From Podarcis bocagei (lineage: Eukaryota), in NCBI GenBank assembly GCA_964188305.1, contig OZ076885.1: a stretch of 64,000 nucleotides of DNA, one strand, 5' to 3'. The position numbers and the translations under genes are program-made. This document shows positions 63,655 through 64,000 of the stretch, piece by piece; positions within the stretch are counted from its first letter, which is position 1, and each line of letters starts with the position of its first letter. The notes below the pieces were generated by a model. That model ran no database searches. It saw only the letters and a list, made by a program, of their open reading frames with translations, and had not been told where the DNA came from.

Positions 63655-64000
63655 GTAGTTATGGGTTTTTTTACAGGGTGGGGTTTTTTTTTTTTAAAAA
63701 AAAAAAGAGTTGGGGAAGCCATATTCAAGTAACTATTCATTCACCTTAAAAAAATAATACCCCTAGAAAGTCCCAAAGCTATTATTTTAGAAGAAAGCTG
63801 TCCATTCATCAAATAGCAAGGCATTGTTGCAGATGAAGTGGTATGTCCTTGCTGATGTCTGCCACATTTTTAAAGGAGTTTTATACTGCAGTTGTACAGT
63901 GTGTGAGCAGCTTGACTTCGTACAAAAAATTAAGCAATTTTCAAAGGTCACAAAACAAGGCAGCCATGGGGGGGGGGGAGGAGGTACTGTTTACCTAGTG

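Overview
Vertebrate genomic DNA, most likely a lacertid lizard (inferred from a full-length Sauria SINE, Squam3-type SINEs, and BovB/RTE, L2 and CR1 fragments). The window lies inside the 5' half of PHF21A (BHC80) on the + strand. It holds one 5'-UTR exon and the first three coding exons (MELQTLQEALKVEIQVHQ / KLVAQMKQDPQ / [22 protein letters not shown]); the rest is intronic. The main feature is a complete, very young Ty3/Gypsy chromovirus (sushi/PEG10-like, 26858-32327) in the first coding intron. It has two identical 408-bp LTRs, a CAAAC target-site duplication and intact gag and pol. It also shows: a -1 frameshift signal with an H-type pseudoknot; an 11-nt self-priming site instead of a tRNA PBS; an integrase chromodomain followed by two acidic (F/L)xGF motifs resembling LEDGF/TFIIS-N-domain-binding motifs; and a pol ORF that runs about 300 nt into the 3' LTR. 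The introns also contain many MITEs (Tigger-like, Tc2-like, hAT; several nested), one of them expanded by arrays of GC-rich palindromic repeats. An older solo LTR, microsatellites and two assembly gaps are also present. All family assignments come from reading the sequence by eye; no database searches were run.
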